Of a stretch of DNA of 64,000 nt, positions 47,272 to 60,599 are shown piece after piece. Under the pieces are notes generated by a model. The model was not told where the DNA came from, made no database searches, and saw only the letters and a list, made by a program, of their open reading frames with translations. The DNA lies in contig NC_086108.1 of the NCBI RefSeq assembly GCF_963921235.1, positions 29,886,001 through 29,950,000 on the forward strand. The letters run 5' to 3'. Each line of letters opens with the position of its first letter. Positions within the stretch are counted from its first letter, which is position 1. The stretch is from Mobula hypostoma (lineage: Eukaryota). Position numbers and translations under genes: made by a program.

Positions 47272-50200
47272 GTGAGTGGCCTCAGACTTTACTCTTCTAC
47301 AAATAATGCCGAATTCAAAATCATGCTTGACTTGCACAACTAATATTGGTGTAACTGGATCATTCTTGGAATAGCTATGAACTAGTTAGGAACTGTCAAT
47401 CTGATTACATCAAAAATACATAACTAGATGGGAAAAAAGGTGGGTGCAGAGGGACTGGAAGAGAAATTAGAATGATGAGTATTGTTAAATTTTAAAATTT
47501 ACAGATTCTCATCTTTCATTGGTCACTTTTATTACAGTATCATTTTGTGTATTTACTTTGGAGCAAACCCAGTGTATAATTAAGGGATTAATTTCTGAAA
47601 ATTGGTTGTTGCACAGAACATGTTCCAGGATGGTTCGTCCCCATCCACCAAACACCTGTTTATGTAAATAGAGGCGTTTATTGTTGACAAGATGAGCAGG
47701 AGGTTGTTTGCTCAGAGTAGAGTTTGGGGTTTGTTTTGAGGATCTTGACCTGCTTTTGAAGGTCCTGGAATTCTGCGTGGGATTTTTCCCACTGAAGCAG
47801 TTTGTTCATCTGGCAACATCCATTTGCAGTCGGGAAGATATTCTACTGGGATTCCGCTCCAGCTGTTTACAGAAATCATTGTGTACCGGCTTGATTGGGT
47901 TCCGTTTTTAACTTTGCATAGCACAGTAAGCAGATTTTAAACTCAAACTGCACACAAACAGAACCAAATATTTTTGGAATTTTATAGGTGGGCAGTGTAC
48001 ATGGAAGTTATAAGGAGTGGGTAAAATATTATGAATGAGGCATTGGGCTTTGTTGTTTTTGCTTTGAATTGTATTTATTGCTTCAAACACTAATGCTGAG
48101 TGGCTTCCCTGTTACCGATTTGTATGAACGTCAGTATTTGCTGCAGCTCTATTACTGTGTCCTCAGCAAGAATAGTGTCGAGGCTTTGGGTTGAATCTTG
48201 GACTGCAAAGGTGCATTGTGCAGGTCATCTTAATCTTGTCCATGTACCTGTAGTTTATCCTTTAACCCCATTCCCACTGAGCTACTGATTACCCAGATCC
48301 TCCACTCAGCCATGACTGAGCTGAAGTAGCAGGTGATTCTGCCACATCAGTCCCTCGGTTCCTTTACTATTTTTTTAAAAAAAGGATATGTCTTTTAAGC
48401 TCCCTTGCAGTCACTGGTACTTGATGTCCATCTACATTGTCTCACCTGTTTGAATTTCAACAATCTGATTTCTGTGCCTCTTGTAGAAGTAGCACCAATG
48501 GGAAACTGTGTGACTATCATTCTATGCTGTAATGTGTTATCCCTGACAGGGCCATGATATCCCCTGCTGCCTTTGTACTTGATCTTCCCCCAACCTCCCC
48601 CATTGTTCTTGAAATTAGTGAAACTGTCCAACTTCCTAATCTAGACTGTTCCGAGTACCTGCTTCATGCCAACATTTCCCTGAACGATTTCTGTTGAACG
48701 TGAATCCTCAAGTTTTTTTAGTTTGGATCTTTGGTTTAAGTCCTATTTCTTCAACAACATTTGAAACTCAAAGCACTGCCCTGGCTTTAAGCATCGACTG
48801 AATTCAGCACCTATGTTGACCCATAGTTGCAGACTGCCTAGCAATATGACTACTCTAGCAGTATGACCGTGCCCCACCACCCACTATCCTGCTTTCTTGT
48901 TTTAGTTCGGCCCCTCAAATTCTGCCTGATCTCCCAGCTTTTTCCCCATGCAGTATCTTAGCTTCTTGACCTCTGCTTGTATGTTCTGTTGTCAAGTTCT
49001 ACCTGACCATCCCTGTGTGTAAACTTGTCCGATCTAACAATGTCTCTGATCTCTTTTTTTCTGAACTTAAGTCCTCGTAGTTCTTCCGTGAGATGCAGCC
49101 TCCTGCTTTCTGCTCCCCTCAGCCGTGCCATCAGTTGCTTATGTCTCACTCCTTGGACTCAAACCTTTGTATCTTTCCTTCTGTCACTTATTTTCCGGTT
49201 TTCATTAAAGTTGTGTATCCTCTGCTTGGCAATTGCACTCTGCCATATTTGCCTTGATGTCTATTTTGCTGTTTCCTTGTCCAGACTCGTTGCAAGAAAG
49301 GGAGGAGTTTTGAGAATAAGTGGTTCTAAAGATGCTGCAGTTGTGCACAGAGCTGGTGGTAGCTGGAATCTTGCTGCATATTTTTAATAAAAACTAGTGT
49401 TTAAATAAATGTTCAAAAGTTACCATTAATCCATGGCAGGAAGTGAATTCAAACGGGAGTAGGACAATACATTGATCTGTAATTCTGTCTCTGCTGATCT
49501 AACTGGTCTTCCTGTGTTAGGAAGTGTGCAGACTGTTAAATTCTCAGAAGTATTGTCGTTCATCCTGCTTTTTAAAAATTACTCCCATCCCTGTTCTTGA
49601 ACTTCTTTTAAACCAAGGCGATGTCTGTTCTCAGGATGTAAAAGCCCATGGAACTATTTTAAGGATCAGGATAATTTTCCTGACTTTGCCAACATTGCTA
49701 AATCACGTAATTCGTTTATTATTGAATGACTGTTTATGGGAGACTTCCACATGCAAGTTGGTTACAGAGTTTACCATATTACTATAGATGCTACACTTAA
49801 AATGCATCTTGTCTGCGGATGCCTTTAAAGGTAGTGAAGTTACTTGACATATCAGTAAAGTAGGTGTCAAACCCTTTAGATTATTTTCCTAACCATTTTC
49901 ATTCTTCAAAACCTGTTTGAGCCTCCATTGTAAGGATTAATGATGTCCTTCCTTCCCCTTGCCCTCCCAAAATAGAATACTTTTAGTAACAATGCACTGG
50001 AGAAGAGCATGCTCTAATAAATGTAATGTATGAAGATATATTCTTTGAAATATTCAATACCAGTCATCTCCTTCAAAATGCACATGGTTTGCAGCTTTAC
50101 TGGTTAGGTTTACCTTTGACGCTGGCAATTATTAGGAGATGGCAAAATGTGTATTATCCTGTTAGTAGACTGCAGTCAGTCATTCTGATTGTTTTAGATG

Positions 50201-50809
50201 TTATTCAATGTTTCACTTCTGTTCTTGTCCTTCACTTCATTTTCCTGACGATGCAAGTCATAACAGTGGCTTTCAAGTTCACAGATGCCTTCTTATTTTC
50301 CTAATCTTGAAAAGTAGGTTTGGTTTATTTGTATGTCGCATTCCTGATGATTCATAACCAGGAAAATTTTAATTCTGAAGCTTAGCCTTTTGTCTTAAAT
50401 CTGCTAAAGTCTTACTCTATAAAGTTCTAATCCTTCAGCACAGCAATCAAGATGTTCAGTTTATAAGGAATTTGCCTGAATTCTCATAATCCTGTGCATT
50501 TGTCATTAATAGGATAACACCTTGTGCCAACTGTAGAGAAAGCAGATTGTATAATGGCTATGTTGTTCAAAAGCGAAGCCTTTTGAAAGGATAATAAAAG
50601 ACTATGCTGAATGCTGGGATCAAAAGGTAGTTATGCCAAGCAGTTAAAATGTCCATTGGGCTGACTGCCTGATTCTCTGCAGATTTGAAATATATAAGTT
50701 ACTTGTAAACCATGTCCAGGATTTGATTAATTCATGAAAGGTCAACATTGATTTGGTCAGATTTAAATTATTAACTCTACCAATATCAGATGTATGATGT
50801 GTTGTAGGG

Positions 50810-53555
50810 TCAAAGTTCAAAGTAAATGTATTGTCAATGTACATGTATGTCACCATATACTGATATTCATCTTCTTGTGGATATACTCAGTAAATCCAAT
50901 GGCCATAATACAATCAGTGAAAGATCCACCTAATAGGGTGGACAACTCGTGCAAAAGACAACAAACAGTGCAAATACAAAGAAAAAAAGGAAATAATAGT
51001 AATAAATAAACAATAAATGTCGAGAACCTGAGATGAAGAGACCTTGATAGTGAGTCCATAGTTGTGGGAATAGTTCAGTTTTGAGGCAAGTTATCTCCAC
51101 TGGTTCAAGAACCTGATGGTTGACGGGTAATAAACTGTCCCTCAACCTGGTTGTGAGTCCTGAGGCTCCTGTATCACCACCTGGATGACAGCCACGAGAA
51201 GAGACCATGATCTGAGTGGTGGTGGCCCCTGATAATCGATGCTGCTTTCCTAAGACAACGCTCTGTGTAGATGTGCTCAATGGTTGGGAGGGCTTTTACC
51301 CACAATGAACTAGGCCATTGTGACATTGAGTCACAACTCAGCCAGATTTTCAATCTCCCTCCTATATGCCGATTTGTCACCACCTTTGATTTGGCCAATT
51401 ACAGTGGTGTCATCAGCAAACTTAAATATGGCATTGGAGCTGTGTTTAACCTCACAGATGTAAGTACAAAGTGAATAGAGCAGGTGTTTAAGCACACAGC
51501 CTTGTGCAGATGGAGATTGTAGAGGAGATGATGTTGCCAATCTGAACTGACTGGGGTCTGCAAGTGATGAACTCAAGGATTAAATCGCACAAGGAAGTAT
51601 TGAGACTAAGCTATTGAAGCTTACTGAGTAGTTTTGAGGAGATGATAGTATTGAATGCTGAGCTGTATTAGATAAAGAGCATTCTGATGTTTGCATCTTT
51701 GCTGTCCAAATGTTCCAGGGCTGAATCATCAGCCAATGAAATAGTATCTGCTGTGGACTTCTTGTGTCGGTAGAAAAATTGGATGGGGTCCAAGTCACTT
51801 CTCTGGCAGGAGTTGATGTTTCATCACCAGCCCCTCAGGGCACTTCATACAGTGCACGCAAGTGCAAACGGATGATAGTCATTGAGGCAGATTACCACGT
51901 TCTGTTTTTGGCAGGTGTGTACCTCAGACTGCTGAAGCGCGAGGTTCAAGTGATTGGTGACTACTCCAACCAATTGATCAGCACAGTTCTTCAGTAGTTG
52001 GCCAGGTACCCCCATTTGGGCCGGATGATTTCCAGGGATTCACTTTCCTGAAAGATGCTATCTCTTCAGCCTCCGAGACAGGAGTCACTGCGTCATCAGG
52101 GGCTGTGGGAGTTCATGATGGTTCCTCCATGTTTTGATGGTCAAAGCAAGCATAAAAGGCATTGAGCTCATCTGGGAGTGAAGCCTTGTTGTCACTTATG
52201 TTGCTTGGTTTCACTTTGCAGGAGGAAATAGCGTTCAAGTCCTGCCACAACTGTGGAGCATCCTTCAGTGATTCAAATTCGGTCCATAATTGCCACTTCG
52301 CACATGGAGTGACTTTCCAGAGATTGTATCTGAACCTCTTGTATCTTACTTGGGCACCAGACCTGAATGCCACTGATCTGATGCTCAGCAGATAGTGGAT
52401 CTCATGGTTGATCTCATGGTTCATCCCAGGCTTCTAGTTGGGAAAGATTGAATGATTTTGTGGGGATACACTTGTCTACAACTGTTTTTATAAAGTCTGT
52501 GGCAACCATGGCGTATTCAATCAGATCCTCTGAATTCTTGAATACAGCCCTGTCCACCAACTCAAAGCAATCCCATAGTCACCCCTGAGCCTCCTGCAAC
52601 CACTTCTTTGTTGTCTTTATCTCTGGAGCCTTGTTCTTTAGCCTCTGGCTGTAAACAGATAGGAGAAGGACAACCAAGGGATCAGATTTCCTGAAATGCA
52701 GTAGACATTCCTTATCATAGTATAGCAGTAGTTTAATGTTTTGGGACACTTGGTGCTGCAGGTTGTATGCTGATGATACAGTAATTGGTCAGAGATTTCT
52801 TCAAACAAGCTTGATTGAAATGCACTGAGGTGCTCTGCTTCTTGTTTGGTAATAGCAGCTTTTAATGTCTTAGTTGCCTAATTAACATTGACTTTCAGTT
52901 GCATGTAAACTGTGTTCAGGATCACAGAGGAGAGCTCTCTTGGTAAGTAAAATGGTTGGCACTTAATCATTAGATATTCCAAGTCAGGCGAACAAGAGTA
53001 CAACAAAACTGCCATGTCTGAACAACATAAAGAACTTATTATGAAACACTGACCCCCAATTTTTGCCTTCTCGAAATCAGCCTTTTGGTCCATCCTGTGT
53101 ATTGAGAAGCCTTCGGGTCTTACCGATGCATCTGGTGTGTCTGGAGTGAGTAGTGTCTTTGTGAAACACAGAACACAGCGATTCCTTATTTCCTTCCAAT
53201 ACAGTAATCTTGCCCTTAAGTCCTCAGTCTTGTTCTTCAGCGACTGCATTTGCTACCAAGTTTCATTCCTCTGCATCTGAGCCTGGCTTGGTCCTACCCT
53301 CTTCCCTCTCCTTCGGCCATGATGATGCACCTTCGTCCACTCAAAGGTGTCGTATCTGCATGCTTGAGAATTAAGTCCGCCGAGCCCTTCAGAAGATGGT
53401 GAAATTGCCAGTTCATTGAGGCTGTTCAAAAGTATGTTGCTTAAAGGGAAATGATCAGCTACAAGTTGCAGTGAGAGTAATTCAAAGGAGCTGCACTTAG
53501 AAGTTTTGTAAGCAGCATACAACACTTCGCCATGGTTCACTGGTGACATCTTGTC
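50810..53555 (-). mobile_element. Near full-length, degraded Rex1/Babar LINE (APE endonuclease and RT)
   Basis: APE-like QSLKNKTEDLRARLLYWKEIRNRCVLCFTKT (52878-53249), LPDELNAFYACFD, and [54 protein letters not shown]. Has internal deletions and an (actttga)n tail. Confidence 0.9.
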
Positions 53556-54161
53556 ATGGATGTGTACTGATAATTAATTGTTTGTGCAAGATATTAACCA
53601 AGTTCCACTCCTGCTAACCAAGATTGGTGCAGCACACTCAGCTGTATAAAACTGTACCTTAAAGCAATGATACTCAAGGTTAAGTGAATCCTTGGTCAGT
53701 TCTAAACTGGGCTGTCTTTGGTCAGCATGTAAACTGTAGGGATTGTTTTTCTTCAAGCTGGTGAAATCAAAGTAGTTTGTTGGTAATTTTTTTTCTTATA
53801 GCACCGTAAATGAGAGCAGACTGATTTGGTGTTACAGTAAGTAGTTGCATTGGATTTGCCTAGATTTCCCTGATCTAAACTATTAGTACATTTGATGGAG
53901 GTAGAATTATATGCAGCTGCTTCAAATAAAATTTTAAAGTGGGGGCGGGGTTACCAACAAAGTTATAATGAAAATGTTAAGCAAAACTCCTTGGAGTGCT
54001 GTTATATACAGATTTTGAGTGCCTAATCATATAACGAGCTGTTCAGAAATTGTCCTTCTGGATACAATTGGCTGAAATGGGGAAAAATGCAGATGTTGGA
54101 AATATGAAACAAAAACAGTGATGGAAACATCCCTCAGATCACGCAGTCATCTGTGGAAATA

Positions 54162-54908
54162 CAGTGGATTCTGGTTGATTGGCACATATCAGGACCAGTA
54201 CATTTTGGCCCAATTAAACAGCTGCTCAATTAGCAGAAGTTTCATGAAAATAGTAAAAAGGTACAAAAAAAGACTGTTACAAAATGTGTTTTTTAATGAA
54301 ATATTGAACAAATTAGAACATGAGCAATAGTACTATAGTACTATGAAACTATTAGTTTGTAATAGTTATCAATGGAGGAATTCATCCAGAGTATGCAATG
54401 AACAAAATCAGCACAGACACCTAGTGCAGATAATGGACGGTCTTCATACAATACCATTGATGATTACATCTACCGAATCTTCATTTTCATTGTAACGTTC
54501 AAAATGATTGTTGGTGCCTTCGAATTCTTCATAGTGCCTAACTTGTTGATGTAGTGAAATCGTTTTATTTTCACTCCTGTCTGTTTCTGACATCTCCAAT
54601 CCTAAATGCTTGAAACGGCAGTGAGCAAAACGGTTTGGAACTGTCTTACTGTTTATTTCTCGCCAATTACCTGTGACTAAGATCTCCACTTTTTGAACAT
54701 AAACACACACAAATGCCACTATTTAATAACTGTTCCTCTAAACATGGTGTAGCGTCTGATGACCACACAACTGTGCACGAATGGCGAGTTAGAACCTGTT
54801 CAGCAAGTCTCCTGCCCCAATAAAGAGAATCCTGGCAATTTTCTTATTCTTTATGAGTTTGTCTCAAATAAGAGCTGCTGTGATGATGTAATTAACAGGA
54901 ATCCACTG
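54162..54908 (-). mobile_element. Non-autonomous Tigger/pogo element
   Basis: TIRs cagtggattc (54162-54171) and gaatccactg (54899-54908), with TA on the left and TG on the right. Minus ORF WREINSKTVPNRFAHCRF resembles the pogo transposase W...TI.NCF..CGF motif. Confidence 0.8.
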
Positions 54909-55799
54909 TGTTTAATGTTTTAGGTTTTGGACCCTTTGTCACAAATAGTCCTGAAGTGTTAATTGTTTCTCTTTCCACATATGTTGTCTTGCCTGGCTAA
55001 AAATTGTGTATTGAAGTCTAGACAAAGTTTCTCAAGAGTTAATTTAATTGTTTCTAAGCTATTGGGAATTTTTGTCTCCTCAATCATTTTGTGATTTAAC
55101 ATGCTTTAAGACATTTTTGAAAATAAAACATCTTTTGAGATCAGAATATGCTTGTGAAGTTCATTAAGATTTAAGTGGGGATGTTTTTTTTCCCTCTACA
55201 GCTTGAACAGAGAGTCTGTTTTCTAAAATGAGTGGGAAATGTTGCCCAGAATCACAAGCCAGGCTTGTGATCCAAGTACCCAAAGGTACTTCTGTGCATA
55301 TAAATGTTTGAAACATATAACTGACTCAGCGTGGTAATTTCTACAACAAAGTAACTGGATTTCTGTTGCATTTATGCATGGACATTAATGAGTCTGCCAA
55401 AAGATTGCATCTGGTAGATCATCTTAATAATGGAACCATGTGGGTTCACTGCCCCTATTGACTTTAAGCAAAATTGAATAGGACTCAATTGTTAACAAAG
55501 TGTGAAGGATAAAGGAAAAATAAATTTAAATAAAATATCATTGATTTGGATGTCCCGTAAATCTTGCAGCACTCTGTCCTTACTGTGCTCAGTGCTTGTG
55601 CATGGGGCAGATGTGTGGTTAGTCTTGGCACGTTGTCGGAGTGGAATAGAAATATTTTGAACAGATTTTTTCAAAGGCCAAGCAGTCACATTAAAAGTGC
55701 TTTAATACATTCAAAGTTACAGTTAATGTAGGAAATGTAGAAAAATTCTAATGTTGGATTTATAGAATACAATGACAAATCCAACTTGGAAAGGCGTGA

Positions 55800-56334
55800 A
55801 CAACAGGAATTCTGCAGATGCTGGAAATTCAAGCAACACACACCAAAGTTGCACACTCAGGTTGGAGGAACAACACCTTGTATTCCGTCTGGGTAGCCTC
55901 CAACCTGATGGCATGAATATCGACTTCTCTAACTTCCGCTAGGGCCCCACCTCCTCCTCGTACCCCATCTGTTACTTATTTTTATGCACACATTCTTTCT
56001 CTCACTCCCCTTTTTCTCCCTCTGTCCCTTTGAATATACCTCTTGCCTATCCTCTGGGTTCCCCCCCCCCCATTGTCTTTCTTCCCAGACCTCCTGTCCC
56101 ATGATCCTCTCGTATCCCCTTTTGCCTATCACCTGTCCAGCTCTTGGCTCCATCCCTCCCCCTCCTGTCTTCTCCTATCATTTTGGATCTCTCCCTCCCC
56201 CTCCCACTTTCAAATCTCTTACTAGCTCTTCCTTCAGTTAGTCCTGACGAAGGGTCTCGGCCTGAAATGTCGACTGTACCTCTTCCTAGAGATGCTGCCT
56301 GGCATGCTGTGTTCACCAGCAACTTTGATGTGTG
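55800..56334 (+). mobile_element. Penelope-like element 3' region with inverted tail, GIY-YIG C-terminus, hammerhead and 14-bp TSD
   Basis: Inverted tail 55800-55852, then TLRLEEQHLVFRLGSLQPDGMNIDFSNFR*. UTR is nearly identical to 27908-28285. TSD ttggaaaggcgtga at 55786-55799 and 56335-56348. Confidence 0.92.
56239..56276 (+). ncRNA. Minimal type I hammerhead ribozyme (helix III variant ATGT)
   Basis: tagtc-CTGACGA-agggtctcggcct-GAAATGTC-gactg; one C>T change relative to the 28187 copy. Confidence 0.78.
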
Positions 56335-56619
56335 TTGGAAAGGCGTGAGTTTCTTCACTACCATGTATCTAATCAGAATATCCGATTTTCTTTTGAGTTT
56401 CAGGTTTAAGAGGTCTTGTTTGTTGCATTTTCCCACCTGTAACCCGTAGCCACTGTGTAGGGAATTTCGACATCAGTTTTGGTTCAAAAAAATTCTTTGC
56501 TTGATTTTTTTTTAATACCAATGAACTCTACAAGTCAGTATTTTAATTCAGTCACAGAGTCATAGAACACTACAGCACAAAAATAGGCCCTTTGGCCGGT
56601 CTAGTATGTCCCAAAATGT

Positions 56620-59600
56620 AATAATCCAGATTTAACTGATTAGTCGGTTTAAGTAAAGAAACTCTTAGGAGGCAGTGATCATAATATGATTGAATTCATT
56701 CTGTAGTCTGAGAGGGAGAAGCATAAGTCACATGTATCAGTGATCACAATGGAATAAAGGGAATTACAGAGGCATGAGAGAGGAGCTTGCCCACGTGGAT
56801 TGGAGGAGGATACTAGCGAGTTGAGGGCAGAACTGAGATGGCTGAAGTTTCTGGGATGAGTTCACAAGGCGCAGGATAGATATGTCCGACAGGAAAAGTT
56901 GTTCTCCAGTGGCAGGACTAGGCATACCGTGGCTGACAAGGGAAGTTAAGGACTGCATAAAAGCCAAGGAAAGGACACATAAAGTAGCATAAGTGAATAG
57001 GAAGTTTGATGACTGGGAAGCTTTTAAAATCCAACAAAAGGCAACTAAAATGCAATAAGGAGGGAAAAGATGAAAGATGCAGACTAGCCAATAATACAAA
57101 GCAGGTTACAAAAAATATTTTCAGTTATATAAAGAACAAAATCAATAATTTCAGATATGTGGATGACACTGTGTTAATTGCAAGTATGGAGGAAGAAGTA
57201 CAAAATTTATTTAATATGGTTGTTGAAGAAATTGCAAAAATGGGTCTATCTATCAATTGCAAAAAGACAATGTATGGTGATATCCAAAATGAAGGAGAAT
57301 CCTATCTGCAGGCTGAGAATAAACGGGGAAGACATAAAACAAGTACGGAATTTTTGCTGCTTAGGAAGCTGGGTGACATCAGATGGCAGGTACGACATGG
57401 ACATCAAGAGAAGAATAGGGATGGCAAAAGACACCTTTACGAGAATGAAGAGTATACTGACCAATACTGAACTAGGCATGACAACCCGCCTCAGAGTACT
57501 GAAATGTTTCTTTTATCCAGTTATGTCATATGGCTCAGAATGTTGGACAATATCCAGAAGCATGAGGAAACGAATTGAAGCAGCAGAGATGTGGTTTTTG
57601 AGGAGGAAGCAGAGAATATCATGGATGAAATGGATATCTGACGAGGATGTCATGAACAGAGCAAACACAAAAAGAGAAATGGTGTATGAGATCATGAAAA
57701 GGCAACGTAACTTCATTGGACATGTGATTAGGAAAGAGGAGTTAGAGTGCATGGTAATTATGGGAAAGATTGAAGGGAAGAAAGCAAGAGGAAGACAAAG
57801 ACAAATGATGATGGAGACAGCAGCCAGAGAACTGGAAATGAATACCAATGAATTGATCCACTTGACCCAAAACAGGAGTGTGTGGGCCATGGCAGTCAAA
57901 GCTCAGACTGGGCACGGGACCTGATGATGATGATGAAAGAATAAAAAGGAGATGAGAGCTGATATTGGACCACTGGAAATGATGCTGGTGAGGTAGTACT
58001 GGGTGACAAAGAAATGGCAGATGAGCTTCATGTGTATTTTGCATCAGCCTTCGCTGTGGAAGACACTAGCAGTGTCCCCGAAGTCTGTGAGTATCAGGGA
58101 GCAAGAGTGAGTGCCATTGCTATTACAAAGGAAAAAGTACTAGGGAAACTGAAAAGTCTATAAGTGGATGAGTCACCTGGACCAGATAGACTACGTCCCA
58201 GAGTCCTGAAAGAGGTTGCTGGAAAGATATAACGGATGAATTGGTACTGATCTGTCAAGAATCACTTGATTCTGGCATGGTCCCAAAGGACTGAAAAATT
58301 ACAAATTCTCTTCACTGTTTAAGAAAGGAGGAAGGCAAAAGAAAGGAAATTATAGGCTAATTAGCCTTATCTCAGTGGTTGGGAAATGTTGGAATCCATT
58401 ATGAAGGACAAGGTTTCGGGGTACTTGGAAACTAATGAAAAAATACATCAAAGTCAGCATTATTTCCGGAAAGGGAAATCATGCCTTACAAATCCATTAG
58501 AGTTCCTCGAGGAAGTAACAATCAGGGTGGACAAAGAAGAGGTATGAGATGTCATTTACATAGACTGTCAGAACGCATTTGATAGGGTGCCACACATGAG
58601 GCTGCTTAACAGGATGAAATCCTATTGTGTTACAGGAAAGATACTGACATGGACAGAGGAATGGCTGACACACAGGAGGCAGTGAGTGGGAATTTTTCTG
58701 GTTGGCTGCCAGTGACTAGTGGTGTTCCTGAGGGTCAGTATTGGGACCACTACTTTTCACATTGTTAATGATTTATATCCTGGAATTGATGGTTTTGTGG
58801 CAAAGTTTGCAGATGATACAAATGTAGACGGAGGAGTAGGAAGTGCTGAGGAAGCAATGTGATAGCAGTAAGAATTAGACAAATTGGAAAAATGGGCAAA
58901 AAAATGGTAGATGGAATACAGTGTTGGGAAATATATGATAATGCATTTTGGTAAAAGAAACAATAGTGCAGACTATTATTTAAATGGAGAGAAAATTCAA
59001 ATGTCAGAGGTGCAAAGGGACTTGGGGAGTCCTTGTACAAGACTCCCAGAAGGTTAATTTACAGGTTGAGTCTGTGGTAAAGACGGCAAATATAATGTTG
59101 GCATTTATTTCAAGGGGAATAGAATATAAAAGCAAGGAGATAATGCTGAACATTTATAAGACACTAGTCAGGCTGCACATGGAGTATTGTCAACAGTTTT
59201 GGGCCCCTTATCTCAAAAAGGATGTGTTGTCCTTGGAGAGAGCCTAGAGGAGGTTCACGAGGATGATTCTGTGATTGAAGGGGTTAACATATGAGGAGTG
59301 CTTGGCAGCTTTGGGCCTGTACTCACTGGAATTTAGAAGAATGTGTGGAGATTTTATTGAAACCTACCAAATGTTGAAAGGACTAGATAAGGTGGATGTG
59401 GAGAGGATGTTTCCTCTGGGGGGGGTATCCAGACTAGAGGACACAGCCTCAAAATTGAGGGGTGACCTTTTAGAACAGAAGTAAGGAGGAATTATTTTAG
59501 TCAAAGAGTGGTGAATCTGTGGAATGCACTTCACAGACTGCAGTGGAGGCCAAGGCTGTGGGTAAATTCAGAGTAGAAGTTGATAGTTTCCTGATTGGTT

Positions 59601-59757
59601 GGGGCATCAAGGGATATGGTGAGGGGGCAGGTTTATAGAGTCTGCTGTGCCATTTCATCATGGCTGGTTGAATGGGATCCAGAATCAGCCATGATGAAAT
59701 GGCAGAGCAGACTCTATGGGCTGAATAGCCTAATTCTGCTCCTTTGTCTTATTATGC
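56620..59757 (+). mobile_element. Long degraded CR1 ORF2 (endonuclease end, RT, 3' UTR), interrupted by an RTE
   Basis: Contains LGGSDHNMIEF, GNYRGMREELAHVDW, KGNYRLISLISVVGK, FVAKFADDT, YKTLVRLHMEYCQQFWAPYLKKD and a CR1 3' UTR. Confidence 0.92.
57142..57935 (+). mobile_element. 5'-truncated RTE-clade LINE nested in CR1
   Basis: Reads NNFRYVDDTVLIA...GLSINCKKT and DIKRRIGMAK...YGSECWTI...IEAAEMWFLRR...GKIEGKKARGRQR. Ends in a (TGA)n tail. TSD aaagaacaaaa (57131-41) / aaagaataaaa (57936-46). Confidence 0.93.
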
Positions 59758-59759
59758 TT

Positions 59760-60075
59760 ACCGGTCCCATTGACCTGCATCTGGATCATACCCCTCCCAT
59801 CCGTGTACTTATCCAAATTTCTTTTAAATGTTTAATTTAAACCCACATCCACCATTTCCACACGCAGCTCATTCCACATTCTCACCACCTTCTGAGGAGG
59901 CAGTTCCCCCTCATGTTTCCCTTAAACATTTCACTGTTCACCCTTAACCTATGACCTCTAGTTCTAGTCTCACCCAACCTCAGTGGTAGCAGCAAGTTTG
60001 CATTTACCCTATAAATTCCCCTCATAATTTTGTATACTGTACCTATATCACTTCTCCCCTCTTTCTCTTCACTCC
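59760..60075 (-). mobile_element. CR1 3' fragment
   Basis: Reverse complement of the subfamily at 1580-1860 and 24470-24700. Confidence 0.8.
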
Positions 60076-60355
60076 CCTCACTCTAATTTAGAGAAACATA
60101 ATAGACAATGAGTTCAAGTTGGTTTATTATGATGGGCATACACATCTTGGGTAAATATGCCATGAAAAGCAGGTTTTTTGCAAGAGCATACATAATTTAA
60201 CTGTTTTAAATTACAAACTTAAATTAGTACATTATTCATAACGTGCACAGCAAAACAAACTATAATGTCTTTGGTTCAAGTTGAGGGAAACAGCCTGAGA
60301 TAGAATTGTGGTTTTGCAGGTTAGTTCAAGAACCTGATGGCAGTGGTGAAGAAGA

Positions 60356-60590
60356 TGGGCAGCACATAGCATGGTGGTTAGTGCAAACATTTTACAGCAC
60401 CAGCAATCACCATGTGGTGTTCGATTCCTGCTGCTGTGCGTAAGGAGCTTGTACTGCATGGGTTGCCTCTGGGTGCTCTATAGTTTCCTTGCATATTCCA
60501 AAGATTTAGGGGGAGTGAGATGTTGGTGCCGTAATGATGGAAGCACTTGTAGGTAGTCCCTAGCATAATCCCTGCTGATTTGATTTGACA
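60356..60590 (+). mobile_element. tRNA-derived SINE remnant
   Basis: A-box-like tagcatggtggttagtg, B-box-like gtgttcgattcc, and a V-SINE-like core (gggttgcctctgggtgctctatagtttcct). Confidence 0.65.
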
Positions 60591-60599
60591 CAAGCTGTG

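Noticed and set aside
47104..47343. 79-aa single-exon ORF
   Set aside because: Only 47158-47271 is the exon; the flanking residues are intron read-through.
48620..49390. Minus-strand basic ORF (48958-49149) as an ancient coding remnant
   Set aside because: Short, with no recognisable motif and no splice signals I could support.
54160..54910. Both Tigger elements are flanked TA...TG rather than TA...TA
   Set aside because: With only two cases, a single substitution in each TSD explains it; this is not enough to claim a different target rule.
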